A DNA stretch of 64,000 bases. It comes from Diretmus argenteus (Eukaryota). The notes beneath the pieces were generated by a model, which saw only the letters and a program-made list of their open reading frames with translations, did not search any database and was not told the DNA's origin. Numbering within the stretch: the first letter of the stretch is position 1; each line of letters opens with the position of its first letter. Where the stretch lies: positions 34,878,381 through 34,942,380 of the forward strand of contig CM109057.1 in assembly GCA_048569125.1 (NCBI GenBank), in the 5' to 3' direction. Shown here in pieces: positions 38,326 through 52,298 of the stretch. The position numbers and the translations under genes were made by a program.

Positions 38326-39950
38326 CAGGTCTTCTGTCCGTGGGAGTGGAAGAAATGTGTTTTCCAGCAGGTGTGACTCTGACTCATAAGAGACAGTTTC
38401 ACATCAACAGCAGGATGAAATGTTTAGGAAACCCTGAAGAGGCTGTTCCAAAAATAGATAGTGATGAACTGTGCTGGGATTCCCAACCACTGGTATCATC
38501 TATTATTATTATTATTATTATAAAGTATTAAATCACATCAATGTGTGGTGGAACCTGCAACACCTAACTGCAGCTTATAGTAGATCTCCCCTTACAAAAA
38601 AGCCTGATCCTACAGTACAAGAAACTGTAGGATATTACATGCATGTTAAAAAACCTGACCACAGAGACTTTATTTCGTTTTATTTTATGTGAAACCCTGC
38701 ATACTCTCGGCCCTCCATGACACAGTTACCCACTAAAGTCTTATCAGTCTATCACAGTCTAAACATATTGGCATCAACATTCCAAAAAAGTTTTGGTTGA
38801 ACCCCTAGTTTTTAATTCCAAACTATCATATAATACAATGTTATGAGATACAAATTCAAATAAAGGGCCAGTGCAAACACATACACATGAATATGGGGTC
38901 ACCAGCCACCAACCCCATATCTCCTACTGTATGTTTGTCATAGCTCTATGCAAAGGCAAACACATACTGAAGGACAATATGACGAATGAGTTTATCTTGA
39001 ATATTTATTGAACAAATACAGAATCAAAGGCAGAAGTGAATAAGGGCCCAGTAGTAGCTGGAAGGAAATAGTGTTTGCTACCGTTGTGTGCAGCCTTTCA
39101 GCGTAAACCCATAACACACTTCTTGACACTATTTAAAAAAAGACTGATATTATCCTCTGACCTTTTATTAGCAACTTTACATACATTTATTCAACACACA
39201 TAAAGTCCTGCATTGCACATATAAAAATAAGGTATCGCACACATAATGAAAAATTCCACCCAGAACAAGACTGAAAAAGACACGTTAAGTTAAGTAACAT
39301 AGAACTGACGTTAACAGGATGCATTGACTGCATCATGTTCACCGTCTTATTGCTAAGGCATTATAATAAATAACAAAGGCACTACTCCCCCAACAGTACG
39401 CAGCATCTCCGTCGTTACACTCGGTCAGTAAAAGTCTCAATGTTTCAATATGAACTAAAACACTTTGGATAAATCTCTAAGCAGCAAATAAAGTCAAAAG
39501 CGGAACCAGAAGTACATAGATAGCATCTATTCCTGTGATTCATCTAAAATTATTCTACCAAAATATTTGGCTAGGTTTGATCTGAAAAGACAACATGGCA
39601 GTTTTAAGCATTGGTGGAAGAGAAACGTACCACAATGCCTCAGTTTCTCCCAGTAGTATAAATGCTCACAGCTTCATTCAGATTCTTAGAGGGAAGGCTC
39701 AGACGTTTTAGAGGCCTGTTGAAGTGATCACAGATAAGGCCGTTCCCACCCCACCACCATAGGACATTCAAAATAGTTTCTCTCACTGAGAAATTGGCAC
39801 CAACCAAGCGATTCTAGAGCAAGCTGAAGTCTTACACCAACCACATAAACTGTTTGAAATGTCCTGAGAGGGGACATGATTAAGTGTGAATCTTCCCTTT
39901 AAGACCTTGATAATGAAGTGTTAGGGCTTTGCTAACTTTGAAGCTTTTGG

Positions 39951-40893
39951 TCAAACATATTCCCGGTTCTCGATGTCCTTTTTGATGGCTTTTTTGATGC
40001 GGTCAATTTCATCTTCGTCTGAACTCTCAGGTTTCTCATCCTTCTCGGCTTTGACAGAGGTAGCTGTGTTATCGTTTTCTGATGGGCCGGTGGACTGAAG
40101 CTCCTCCCGTATCCCGTTGAGCTCCACCAGACCTTCGTGTAGCTGGACCGCCACCTCCCTGATTTTGCCAGCAAACTCTGACTTGGCCCCTTTCTTGAGT
40201 TCTTTGGAATCTTTGGCCACAAAGTAGATGTCCATACCTACGAAGAGTCCAGTTAGCACCCCCGTGGCCATGCTGGCAATCTGAACTGCTCTGGCCGCTG
40301 TGCTGCCGGCCACGTTGGCAATCTGCACCACACGCATGATCTCATTAGCATTGATCAGGATGGCCTTGCCTGCCATGGCGCCGTCCTCGTAAATATTGTT
40401 GAGGGCAGGGAAGTCCCGGTTGTAGGCGTGCTTCTTCATCTTGAGCAGGTCGAACCTGCGCAGATTCTCAATCCCCTGCTTGATGAACATCATGCACTTG
40501 TTGAGGTCGGCTATCTTCTCCTGGTAGTCCTCCACTATCTTCTCCACCTTCTTGCGGTCCATGGAGTTGTTGACCTGGTTAGAAATGCCGGCGCCCGCTG
40601 AGGTGAGACCGCCCGCCGTGGCCACGCCCAGCCCCACCGCTGTGATGATCAAGGATGTCCCAAAAGTGACGGGGGCTAGAGCCAGGCCGGCAATGGTGGC
40701 CACACCTCCGATGGCGCTGGTGGATCCGCCGGTGATTTGGGCGATCTTTGTGTTCTTGTTGAATTTGTCCAGGCCGTCAGCAATGGAGTTCAAGTCAATG
40801 ACGTGCTGCCACAGGCTCTCGGCGCGCTCCGAGAACAGCTTATTAAAGACACGGATTCCCTTCTGCACCTTCTCCGCTGTCACAGCAAATGCC
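39951..40893 (-). CDS. APOL-like gene 3, single large exon encoding the complete apolipoprotein L domain
   Basis: The acceptor is tttctgtttcaag. A continuous 314-codon frame runs AFAVTAEKVQKGIRVFNKLFSERAESLWQHV...DKFNKNTKIAQITGGSTSAIGGVATIAGLALAPVTFGTSLIITAVGLGVATAGG...MATGVLTGLFVGMDIYFVAKDSKELKKGAKSEFAGKIREVAVQLHEGLVELNGIREELQ...REYV, with the stop at 39951-39953. It is collinear with human APOL2 across the hairpin and C-terminal helices. Unlike genes 1 and 2, it has no intron between the two halves of the domain. Confidence 0.8.
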
Positions 40894-41046
40894 CTTGAAA
40901 CAGAAAGTGCATACGAGTGATTACTCAGAGGTAATATAAGTAGAGATTAGTCAGTACCACGTACCCAGACATCACTATCATTTGCCTTGAGACATGTCTT
41001 GAAATACTAGCGAAGACGATGGGATGATGTGGTGATGATCACTTAC

Positions 41047-41098
41047 TTGGCCTCTTCTTTCTCTGTCATGTCATTATCTTCAGGTACTTCCCCCCATG
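41047..41098 (-). CDS. APOL-like gene 3, short coding exon (PWGEVPEDNDMTEKEEAK)
   Basis: A 52-nt exon with acceptor ctttatcag and donor CAA|gtaagt. It enters in phase 1 and leaves in phase 2, and the frame rejoins the main exon as K-AFAVTAEKVQ. Confidence 0.45.
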
Positions 41099-41200
41099 CT
41101 GATAAAGATATACATGAAGTAAAAGTATGAATTATGTTTTTTCACTGTGCCAAAACAAAGTGTGTGTGAGTGTGTTTGTATGTATAAGTGCATGACTTAC

Positions 41201-41240
41201 GTTCCACCGTGTTCCACCACTCCATAAGACCCTCCAGATC
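41201..41240 (-). CDS. APOL-like gene 3, short coding exon (DLEGLMEWWNTVE)
   Basis: A 40-nt exon with acceptor tgtttcag and donor gtaagt. It carries the LMEWWN motif shared with genes 1 and 2. Confidence 0.5.
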
Positions 41241-41348
41241 CTGAAACAGACCATTACATTGACTTTAGCTACTTGTATAAACCAGAAAGGTGCAATGAAG
41301 TATTAAAGATTGTAAATCAGTCTGAGGTATTTTGCTTCAGAAACCCAC

Positions 41349-41426
41349 CTGCATCTCTCCAGGCTCTCTTTCGTCGACACGTAAGTCCTCCAACCGGTCA
41401 AACAAAGACTTATTTCCACCTTCATT
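41349..41426 (-). CDS. Possible upstream coding exon of APOL-like gene 3 (…SLFDRLEDLRVDEREPGEMQ)
   Basis: A 78-nt open segment with acceptor ttttttctgatcag and donor ATGCAG|gtgggt. It is in phase 0 with the downstream exon at 41201-41240 and contains an in-frame ATG. It lies inside a dispersed repeat copy, so it may be spurious. Confidence 0.2.
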
Positions 41427-41538
41427 CTGATCAGAAAAAAGATAGGATGACTTTTAGAAACAACGCTAAGAGTGTTTCCTGTACTAAGACAAAATGTGCC
41501 ACATTGTAGTTAAAGTTTGTGTCAGTGAGAGAGAGTGA

Positions 41539-41571
<33 letters not shown>

Positions 41572-43289
41572 TCAAATAACATTTATACAAGGACATCCTC
41601 AGTTTCACTTTTCATAAATGCCCAGATGATCAGGGGGAAGTAACAGTAATAGTGGTAGTAGTGATTTTGAATGTACAGCTTCTGCATGGGCTGTTTTTGC
41701 AGAAGTGGAAGGGCCAAAATCTCCATGGACACATTGAAACAGGAAGCAGACAGACAAGTTTAGGCACATTGCAACCAAATCTCAGCACGTCCTCCACACT
41801 AAAAGGGCACAAACACCATGCAGTGATGTGGTGGCTGAGATTTGTGTTGAGAAAGCAGAGAACTATAATTATTTCTCTTGGGAGCCAGGAGGAGACCATG
41901 GAGACTGGAATGCAAATGGCCGCAGAAGAGTTGGTTTCAGACAGGAGGAGAAGAGGAGGAGCCACGTGACCTAAACCATGTGACAGACCTTGTGTAATCT
42001 TGGACAATTCTGAGCCATGCTGCAACGCCTCAGTCTGTTTACACAACAACGTTTTTTTCAAAAAACTGGAAAGTTTTATCTTTGTGTTTTAAAAAAACAT
42101 GTGATAACGATCTGCATACACACGGATCAACATAAACGATTGAAAATCCTGTAGTATGCATGCCAGGCCAGTGGGTGGGGGTGGCTCCGTCCTTGAATCT
42201 GCAACTCAATGTGAGAGTCAGACAGACAACCTGACACACATGGGGGTTTATTACATGCTGAAGTGAAGGCAGCTATTAGTCTAAAGCAGCGTGTGTTTGT
42301 GCATGTGGGTAAGTGAGTAACTGAAATACAGACAGGCAGACAGACAGACCAACAGACAGGCAGGCAGACAGGCAGAAAGTGAAGAAGTGAGAAGAAGAGA
42401 GAGATATTGAGTTTCATGAGTTACAATCTGCTCATTTGAAACTTTGTATATTCATATATTCATATTCATCTGTTTTCTTACATCTCATAACATCTCATAA
42501 CCTTAAGTTAGAAACATATGTATGCATGTACCAATGTGGTCTGTCAGTGTGTGTGGATATAATGGTCTGGGCTTGTAACTTAGACAAAACAAGACGTGGC
42601 CTCACATGCATCCAGAGAGTGCGTGTTGTCTAGGAGATCAGCCTGTGGCCTCTAAAACCCTATAAAGGGTAAAGCGCGTTGTCTCTGCAGAGTCACCTCG
42701 ATTTTTTATAATAAAGATCTTTGTATGCCCTGAAGAAACCTCTGCCTCCTCCAGTCTTAATTCCACCACAAAACATTTCCATAGATGTTTTATTACCGTT
42801 TTAGATTTGTGCTTTCACTGAAGAGCATCGTCGATGCAACGTCCTGTCCCGTACAATGAGACAGGCAGAAGGTTTTCTGAATCTGAATGAGTGTAAGTGA
42901 TTTTCTTTACCTCTGCCGTACTGTTGTCTGCAGCTCCTTCCGGTGCATTCTTTTGTGCACCTCTGGTCTAAAACAAACAGACACACACACAATTAAAGAA
43001 TAACACGTACAGTGTAATTTTGCTTCTAGGTCGACATTAGAGAGGCACATTGGTCACTTTCACACATACACATACACCGTCTTCCTTCCCATCTGTCACC
43101 TGCAGATACCACAGACTGGAGTTTTAGTTCTACAAACATGTCTCAGAGGCAGAAGCTGGAGCTAAGGGGTTAAACCTTAATGGGCGGAGCTAAAGAACCA
43201 CAGTTTACCGGAGTGCAAATCAGCTAACTGCCACACTTGGAACTCACTTGCTTAGTGTCTATAGACTACGTAGTATGTCTTGGAAGGTC

Positions 43290-43450
43290 AACAAGGATAA
43301 CTAGTTTTTCTTGGCAGAGAGACAGGATGGGGCGAGAGAGAGAGAGGAGGGATGACATGCAACACAGGTCCCGGGCTGGGATTCGAACCCAGGATGTCAC
43401 ATGTTACATGGTCTGTGCCCTAGAGACCACTGAGCCACCAGGACGCCCCT
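43290..43450 (-). mobile_element. tRNA-derived SINE
   Basis: The plus-strand gggctgggattcgaacccagg is the reverse complement of a tRNA T-arm (B-box GGTTCGAATCC), sitting in a tRNA-like context. Confidence 0.45.
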
Positions 43451-44212
43451 TCATAATACCAGTTAGCACCTCTCTTACCCCCTAAAAAAGTCCAAGTTTA
43501 CCAGTGATATCCTAGGTATGTGAAATGGCATTTTAAAGATGTTGACTGTCCACGTTTGAGGAAATAAATTCCCCATGTGATAAAGTCCCATGTTTGAGTG
43601 TTACCTTAACCCGAGGCATGAAGGGGTTGTGTTTCTTGGGTTTCCTGACTCTGGCCTAGGAAAAGGAATCAATGGAATTACAGTGTTAATTCAAGGAGGA
43701 GTATCATTGTTTAAATGTTCCTTTAGTAGTTTGGCATTATTAAAATCAGAATCAAAATCTCTTTAATTCACAGGACAGACCCTCCATTCTAACCTCGCAA
43801 TTTCATCGTACGATTCATTGTATAATGACAATAAAAGCTACTTATCCTTATCCTTACAACAGGAACTGAACTAAAATACCTCTTTGTCCTTGTCGTCCTC
43901 CTTCTTTCCTTCCATGGATAAAGACTCATCTTCTTTCAGGCCTTCATCATCAGATGGAGCCTGGAGTAAATAACAAACAACAACTCAGTATCATAGTGAT
44001 GATGAAACACTGACATGAGACGCAACAATACCCCATTGCATATTAGCATCTTCCAGATTGGAGTTTGGTTCTAGAGGTGTAGTCTAGTGTTTTGGAGTGT
44101 GGTTCTAGAGGTGTAGTCTAGTGTTTTGGAATGGATGCATGTAAAAAAAATATCTTGCATCTTTCATTGAGATACAAAATACAAGATGAATGTCAATATG
44201 AAAAACACTCGT

Positions 44213-44783
44213 CTAATCTCGTTGTCCTCCGCTTATCCGGGTCCGGGTCGCGGGGGCAGCATCTTCAGCAGGGAAGCCCTTTCCCCCGCCACTTCCACCA
44301 GCTCTTCCGGGGGGATCCTGAGGCGTTCCCAGGCCAGCCGAGAGATGTAATCCCTCCAGCGTGTCCTGGGTCGACCCCGAGGTCTCTCCCCGGTTGGACA
44401 TGCCCGAAACACCTCCCCAGGGAGGCGTCCGGGAGGCATCCTCACCAGATGCCCGAACCATCTCAGCTGGCTCCTCTCGACGTGGAGGAGCAGCGGTTCT
44501 CCTTCCGGATGTCCGAGCTCCTCACCCTATCTCTAAGGCTGAGCCCGGCCACCCTGCGGAGGAAGCTCATTTCGGCCGCTTGTATTCGCGATGTCGTTCT
44601 TTCGGTCACTACCCAAAGCTCATGACCATAGGTGAGGATTGGAACGTAGATCGACCGGTAAATCGAAAGCTTCGCCTTCCGGCTCAGCTCCCTCTTCACC
44701 ACGACGGACCGAAAAATGAAATGAAACCGAAAAACACTGATTGAACAGAATACGTTAAATATGTGTAGCCTGAGCATGCACAC
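44213..44783 (-). mobile_element. L2-like LINE 3' fragment (ORF2 C-terminus plus 3' UTR)
   Basis: It encodes ...KAKLSIYRSIYVPILTYGHELWVVTERTTSRIQAAEMSFLRRVAGLSLRDRVRSSDIRKE and ...RMPPGRLPGEVFRACPTGERPRGRPRTRWRDYISRLAWERLRIPPEELVEVAGER..., and ends with the same 3' end as the fragment at 16150-16275. Confidence 0.7.
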
Positions 44784-45681
44784 GTTTACCTAATGGGCGT
44801 AGGTGGAGATATTTACTCAACAGATTACAGAGAGAAAGTGCAGAGTGAAGGGAAACACAGGCTGACATGTACCTTGGCTGCTGCACGCGGCATGAACGGA
44901 TTATGGCGCTTCGGTTTCTTCACTTTGGTCTGGAAATGACAGAGTGACATCATGGAAGGTGACATGACAACCAACGATTGGATGAACTGACATACACATG
45001 ATGCATAATGTTTTATACCCTCATATACTTCTAAGTTTGATCTCAATATGGATTTTAGAGTCTTCTCTTTGGGTCGACTGATTAATTGATTGGCCGATTA
45101 TTCAGACATTTTAGCAACAGAACTATCGGCATCGATAGTGGCCGATGGCTGCGCAGCTTCCAATTGATCTAGAAAATGTGTTTGGGACGAACACAGATCT
45201 TCCCCAGGACCAATGGGTTTTTGGTATGAATTGTTGGTTGAAAGTAACCATTTAGATTCCCAATATCTGGTCAGTTCCTCCAAATCTATTTGAGAAGAGA
45301 GGATCTGTGTGCCGTCACAATAATAATAATACATTGGTTTTATATATCGCTTTTTCTACTGCTCAAAGACACTTTGCAGAACAAGACAAAAACAATGTTA
45401 AATGCGTCTGAATGGAACGGAAGTGCTTTTATTTTGAAAAAGCCTTTTAAAATGAAAGTCCTGAGCGAGCGTTCAGCGAGGTCAACTGGAACTATGAGAG
45501 GAAAAAATAGCTCAAAAATAAAAACAGTTCCCATCCACTGTTATGTTACATACCAGATTTTTTTTTACAGTTTGTTTGATGTTCAGTTCCAGATTCTTTT
45601 TTAGGTATTTATTACTTTGACTTAGATATTCAGTTCAACAGTTGTCTTATCCAGTTTCTAATAAAATCATAAAATCAAAGA

Positions 45682-45704
45682 TGGGGGGGGGGGGGGGGGG
45701 GTTC
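45682..45704. repeat. Poly-G homopolymer (~22 G)
   Basis: Direct read. Confidence 0.9.
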
Positions 45705-47123
45705 GGGTATTGGAAGATTAATCAGCCATCGGCTTTTTCCTGCCCCAAACTGAAGTTATTATATCGGCCTTTAAAAATCCACTATCGGTCGACCTCTACT
45801 TAGCACATTAAAACATGACAGTACATAACAAGAAGCGTGAACTTGGAAGAATGCCATGAAAAACTGACACGGATCCTTTCGTGATAATGGATCGGAGCGG
45901 ATCATTTGCATGGCTCTGGGCTGAAGGAACTGACAGAGGGAAGCAGTAACGCTGATAATCATCAGAGCTTTATTATTTGCAAATACTTTGGCCGTAACGA
46001 TAAAAAGATCTGACTTACTGTTTTGCTCTCTGCAGGGTCGACCTCTTGTCCTTCTCTGGCCTCCGCGGTGAGAGATTCACCTTCTTTCAGCGCTTCATCG
46101 TCCGACTGGCTCAGGAGCAAATACTACAAATATTAAAGAGAACTCAACATGCTTTAGACCCAGTGGATGTCGTCAGGTGTTGATTATGATGAATTAGAAT
46201 ATTGGGTCTGATATATTGGCTGAACCATCGCGCGTGTACACTTTCTATACCTGACTGTCCTTCTTCTGCTTTTGCGGACCGCGTCTTCCTCCTCGGTTCA
46301 TCTCCTGAAATGAAACCAGAACGGTTTCCTGAGTCACAAGGGCACATTGTGCAACGGCTCATCGATACACATCGGTTCCGTCGCGATAAGCTACCATCCG
46401 ATCGCGATTACGCAACCGCCGAGCGCTTACCTCCTCTGTGGGTCTGGCAGGAACCGTCGGAGTTTCTGCCCATCTCCCGTCTCTCTCCCTGGGGATCATG
46501 TTCTTGTTATTCTAGGAAGGACAAAGAAAAAAATGTAAAATGAGATCCGCCGTTTGAAAAGCGACACCCGCTCCTACAAAATGCACATTAAAGACAAATT
46601 ATGTACACAGAGGACATGAAAACTAGACGGGGTCCTTTACATCCGAATGATGAACTGAAGGATTTGTGTTATAATCAAACACGACAGACTGCAGTGATGT
46701 ACAGATAACCTACATATCACTTAAAATAGAAGCTCAACCCGCTACCTGAACGTCCTCAGCTCCTCTGGGGTTCAGTTTGTCTTTTGCTGCCGTCCCCTTC
46801 AGCTCCTGTGGAGAGACGTCAGACTTTAGCCGGGAGAATGTAGCACAGACAGAGAAGTCCGAATAGTCTCACGTGAACCACATGGCACTGCAAACCTCTT
46901 CTGTTGTTCTGGACGTTTCACTTCTGTCCTTCCTCTCTTGCTGGATCAGATTGCTTTTGACCTGGCAAGGACACGCACACGCAAACACACACGAGCTTGA
47001 GCTGGAGAGGGAGTTTTGACATTGGGCGGTCAGCATTTAAAGGGAGGCGAAGAGATGAAGAGGATGTGGTAGGTACAGTAGGTATAAAAGAGGAAGAGCC
47101 GAGAGGAGAGGTTATTTTTCAAG

Positions 47124-47126
<3 letters not shown>

Positions 47127-47177
<51 letters not shown>

Positions 47178-47178
47178 T
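47127..47178. repeat. (GT)n microsatellite, ~25 copies
   Basis: Direct read. Confidence 0.95.
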
Positions 47179-47989
47179 CACTGATGACGAAACAGCGATG
47201 CAAAAAATAGACTGACCGGCTTCGGCTTCTCCTCCCCTTGTTTCTCGTTCTCCTTGAGCGTCTCCTCAGTGTCTTTCTGAACAAACACAAAAAAAGGTAG
47301 CAGCTGTTACCCATCGTACGCTATAAACCAGGTTAACACAACACATCACTACGAGTTCAACTGAACCCTCTGGTTTTAGAAGCGCTATCACCACCAGCCA
47401 CCATCACCATGACTATCACCAGTCCACTCAGGAGGACTCAGGTCACCAACACCTCCCTCTAACACAAGCACCTGCCCCCAGCCAAGTTAAACACATTCAA
47501 CCACGTCTTTACTTTGTTTGCTGAGCGGAACGGATTCAGTTTGGACATGGCTCCAGCCATCGCGCTCTGAGGGGGAGGAACATATATTGTGAACACATAG
47601 TGTGAGATTCAGTCACTTAGAAACCCTTTGGAAACATGTTGTGGTCATACGCTTTCAAAAGCCACACTTCCTCGTTTCCCAATAGTTCCGCCCGGCGAGT
47701 GCAAAATGATCACAGTCATTCAAAGTTTCCCAGTTCGCTCTCAATATTTACTGCAAAGACAACAGAAATAAATGTCTCTAAAACGATACTCGTTTATTTT
47801 CTATTAATGCTACCTAATTAGCATCTGCAAGCTAGCTGACTCATCAAAACTATATAGAGGTGCAACGATTAGTCGATTAATTGATTAGTTGTCAACTATT
47901 AAATCAATAGCCAACTATTTTGATAATCGAATATTCGCTTTGAGTCATTTTTTAAAGAAAAAATGTCTCTAATTTCAGCTTCTCAAATG

Positions 47990-49645
47990 TGAATATGTTG
48001 TGGTTTATTTAGTTCTTTATGACAGTAAACTGAATATGTTGTGGTTTCTTTAGTCCTCTATGACAGTAAACTGAATATGTTGTGGTTTCTTTAGTCCTCT
48101 ATGACAGTAAACTGAATATGTTGTGGTTTCTTTAGTCCTCTATGACAGTAAACTGAATATGTTGTGGTTTCTTTAGTCCTCTATGACAGTAAACTGAATA
48201 TGTTGTGGTTTCTTTAGTCCTCTATGACAGTAAACTGAATATGTTGTGGTTTCTTTAGTCCTCTATGACAGTAAACTGAATATGTTGTGGTTTATTTAGT
48301 TCTTTATGACAGTAAACTGAATATGTTGTGGTTTCTTTAGTCCTCTATGACAGTAAACTGAATATGTTGTGGTTTCTTTAGTCCTCTATGACAGTAAACT
48401 GAATATGTTGTGGTTTCTTTAGTCCTCTATGACAGTAAACTGAATATGTTGTGGTTTCTTTAGTCCTCTATGACAGTAAACTGAATATGTTGTGGTTTCT
48501 TTAGTTCTCTATGACAGTAAACTGAATATGTTGTGGTTTCTTTAGTCCTCTATGACAGTAAACTGAATATGTTGTGGTTTCTTTAGTCCTCTATGACAGT
48601 AAACTGAATATGTTGTGGTTTCTTTAGTTCTCTATGACAGTAAACTGAATATGTTGTGGTTTCTTTAGTCCTCTATGACAGTAAACTGAATATGTTGTGG
48701 TTTCTTTAGTCCTCTATGACAGTAAACAGAATATGTTGTGGTTTCTTTAGTCCTCTATGACAGTAAACTGAATATGTTGTGGTTTCTTTAGTCCTCTATG
48801 ACAGTAAACTGAATATGTTGTGGTTTCTTTAGTCCTTTATGACAGTAAACTGAATATGTTGTGGTTTCTTTAGTCCTCTATGACAGTAAACTGAATATGT
48901 TGTGGTTTCTTTAGTCCTCTATGACAGTAAACTGAATATGTTGTGGTTTCTTTAGTCCTCTATGACAGTAAACTGAATATGTTGTGGTTTATTTAGTTCT
49001 TTATGACAGTAAACTGAATATGTTGTGGTTTCTTTAGTCCTCTATGACAGTAAACTGAATATGTTGTGGTTTCTTTAGTTCTCTATGACAGTAAACTGAA
49101 TATGTTGTGGTTTCTTTAGTTCTCTATGACAGTAAACTAAATATGTTGTGGTTTCTTTAGTCCTCTATGACAGTAAACTGAATATGTTGTGGTTTCTTTA
49201 GTCCTCTATGACAGTAAACTGAATATGTTGTGGTTTCTTTAGTTCTCTATGACAGTAAACTGAATATGTTGTGGTTTCTTTAGTCCTCTATGACAGTAAA
49301 CTGAATATGTTGTGGTTTCTTTAGTCCTCTATGACAGTAAACAGAATATGTTGTGGTTTCTTTATTCCTCTATGACAGTAAACTGAATATGTTGTGGTTT
49401 CTTTAGTCCTCTGACAGTAAACTGAATATGTTGTGGTTTCTTTAGTTCTCTATGACAGTAAACTGAATATGTTGTGGTTTCTTTAGTCCTTTATGACAGT
49501 AAACTGAATATGTTGTGGTTTCTTTAGTCCTCTATGACAGTAAACTGAATATGTTGTGGTTTCTTTAGTTCTCTATGACAGTAAACTGAATATGTTGTGG
49601 TTTCTTTAGTTCTCTATGACAGTAAACTGAATATGTTGTGCTTTC
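47990..49645. repeat. 41-bp satellite (tgacagtaaactgaatatgttgtggtttctttagtcctcta) in ~40 tandem copies, 1.65 kb
   Basis: Direct read. Units are very homogeneous, with occasional tt/cc and a/t variants. Confidence 0.95.
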
Positions 49646-52298
49646 TTTAGTAACGTTATGAAAGTTTCAACAAGTTCAAGACTTTTTAACACCACTTTGA
49701 ATGCAATTTAATACCAATTTCACTGCCATACTATCAAAAGAACAAGTAGTGATATCTACTATAGGTAAATAACAGTCTGAATGATGGTAAAAGTCCTAGA
49801 ATGTATTAACATTAAGGTCATAGCTTCTGTAGCTCCCGGTAGAAACACAAACACATAAAGTCTGATCATCAAAAACATCTGACATATTATTTCATATTCT
49901 GACAGACCCACTAAATATTTAAGATCTATGAACATTCAATTTAAGACTTTTTAAGACTCTCTGCGTTATCCTTTTTAGACTCGACAGTGAAACAGGAACA
50001 GTCATATATAGAGTCACAGCTCACCTGTTTGTGGCCTGATGACTTGTCACCGCTGGCAGGTGGATCCTCATAATTTGTTTGCTTTTCATACTGTCGGAAG
50101 AAGACACACGTACTATTAATGGAGTCATAACATCGAGCTTTCTCCATCACACCGCTTAGGTTCTCCAGTAGTCCTCTAGTCCCAGCAGACCCTCCTTACT
50201 TTGTCTGCAGAGCGAAACGGATTCAGCTTCGTCATGGCCTCAGACAGTTTATTCTGATATTAAACAAAACAGAAAAAAGAGACACAGAAAATGAGAACAT
50301 ATGCAGAAGTTAAACCGGCGACGGGAATAAATTAAAGTTGAACAAACCGGTTTGTGGCCGGGATGGTTCTCTCCGCTGGCTGACATCTCCTCGCTGTCCG
50401 AGTCGGAGTCCTTCTCCTGCAAGTAGAACCGACGTTTAAGTTTGTCAAGTGAGAAGAAAGGGGCGGGACTTAATAAGTGCAGACTTCTTCCTGCTCCCTT
50501 TCGGACATGCAACATTCAGCAGATGTTGTTCAGGTGAAGCGATTTTTGCTCACTGTTTTTCGCTGTATTATTCTATTATACTACTTTAATTTGGTTTTGT
50601 TATGTTGTTTTTTTACTCTTTTGTTTTTACATGATTGAAATAAATATCTACCTACCTACCTAAGAAGTAGTAATATAATAGTAATTCTAGCAGTAATAGC
50701 AGTATGACTACAGTAGCAAGGTATCAGCAGCATGAGAGAGAGAGCGAGAGAGAGAGCGAGAGAGAGATTAGTTATTATTATTTCTGCTTCAGCTCGCATC
50801 CAGTAACAGGAAAGACGAAGACGGCATGTGATGTGAAGTCGTTTCTAACCCAGGATGTAATGTTGGAATGCACTCCGCCTCTCACCTGTTTGTTAATAAA
50901 GAATGTGCTCTTCATAATTCCGCCCAAACCGTTCTGCAATAAGGCAAAGACAGACCTGTTCCCCCTGATCTAACTCATCACACCCTAAACCTGCCGTCAC
51001 GGGAGACCTCCCTCCTGACCACGAAGACAGGACAGATTTTAAAGTAATCACTTTAAACCTTTTTTTTTTTTTTGGATGCTTTTGTCTTTGCAGCCATGAA
51101 GTGAACATTAATATTTACGCCGTCAGTTCCAAATGCAGTCAAAAATATGTGTAACGTATCTGCAGGTTTCAACAAGTTAAATTTAAGACTTTTTAAGGCT
51201 TTTTTAAATGCAATTTAATACTAATTTCACTGCCATAGAACAAGTAGTGATATTTAGGTAAATAACAGTCTTAGAATTATTTGAAAAGTCCTAGAATGTA
51301 TTAACATTAAGTTACTTCAGTCTAATAAAGTCTTGACATCAAAAACATGACATATTATTTTCATATTTTTTAATCTGCTGACAGTTCCACACAATATTTA
51401 AGACCTATAAACATTAAATTTAAGACTTTTTAATACCTTTTATTGAGAATTTAAGACTTTTTAAGACCCCGTGGACACGCTGATGTGAAAGGAATAGAGA
51501 GATTTAGAGGCTTCACCTGTTTGGCTTTGGGCTTCTCTGTAGAAACGATTCTTTCCTTAGAGTCTGTTGAGTTTTCAGTCTTCTCCTTGTCCTAATGTAA
51601 CACAGCATTCAGTCAATACCAAGCACGAAAAGCATGATAAGCAACGTCCCAATACTGGTTTGTTTGCATGTATGATACAGGTTCTCTCTGACCTGAGTTG
51701 AGGACTGGAATGGATTCTTCAGGATCTTCCCCATCACTCCTCCCTGACAAGAGAAGTTCAATCCGTGGTTACGATAACTTCCTTTAGTCTTAAAGGATAA
51801 CTTTGGGATTTTTCAACCTGGACCCTATTTTCCCATGGCCGTGTGTCTACATGACTGATGGGAACAAGAATCTTTAAAATTGGTCCAGTATTGAGCGAGC
51901 GGTTATCTAAAAGATAAAAAACAACTATGGTTCGTTTTTGCACATTTTTCTGAATTGTGCCAACAAAATGTTACGCAACAATTCGTGCAGCTTTCATGTT
52001 GGATATAGACATGCTGTTGTTGTGGCTAGTTGTGCTCCAAATGGATGCTAACACAATAACAACAGACCGGATCATGCAAAAGGTAAAGAAAAACGTTTTA
52101 TTTATTATTTCTGTCAACAGAGCTTTTTTGCAATTTAACCCTTCGGGGTAAGTTCGCGCCCTAAATGTACGTCCTCTAAAAGCTCTGATTGTTGACAGGA
52201 TCCCTTTTTCTTTACCTTTACCTTTAATGCAGCACAGGTCCATGTGAACACGATACCCAGGTGGAGGGTGTAAACAAACAGTGGGCAGCATCTCTCAC

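Noticed and set aside
44131-44625. Plus-strand 164-aa ORF
   Set aside because: It is antisense to the L2-like LINE ORF2 C-terminal fragment and is a GC-rich artefact.
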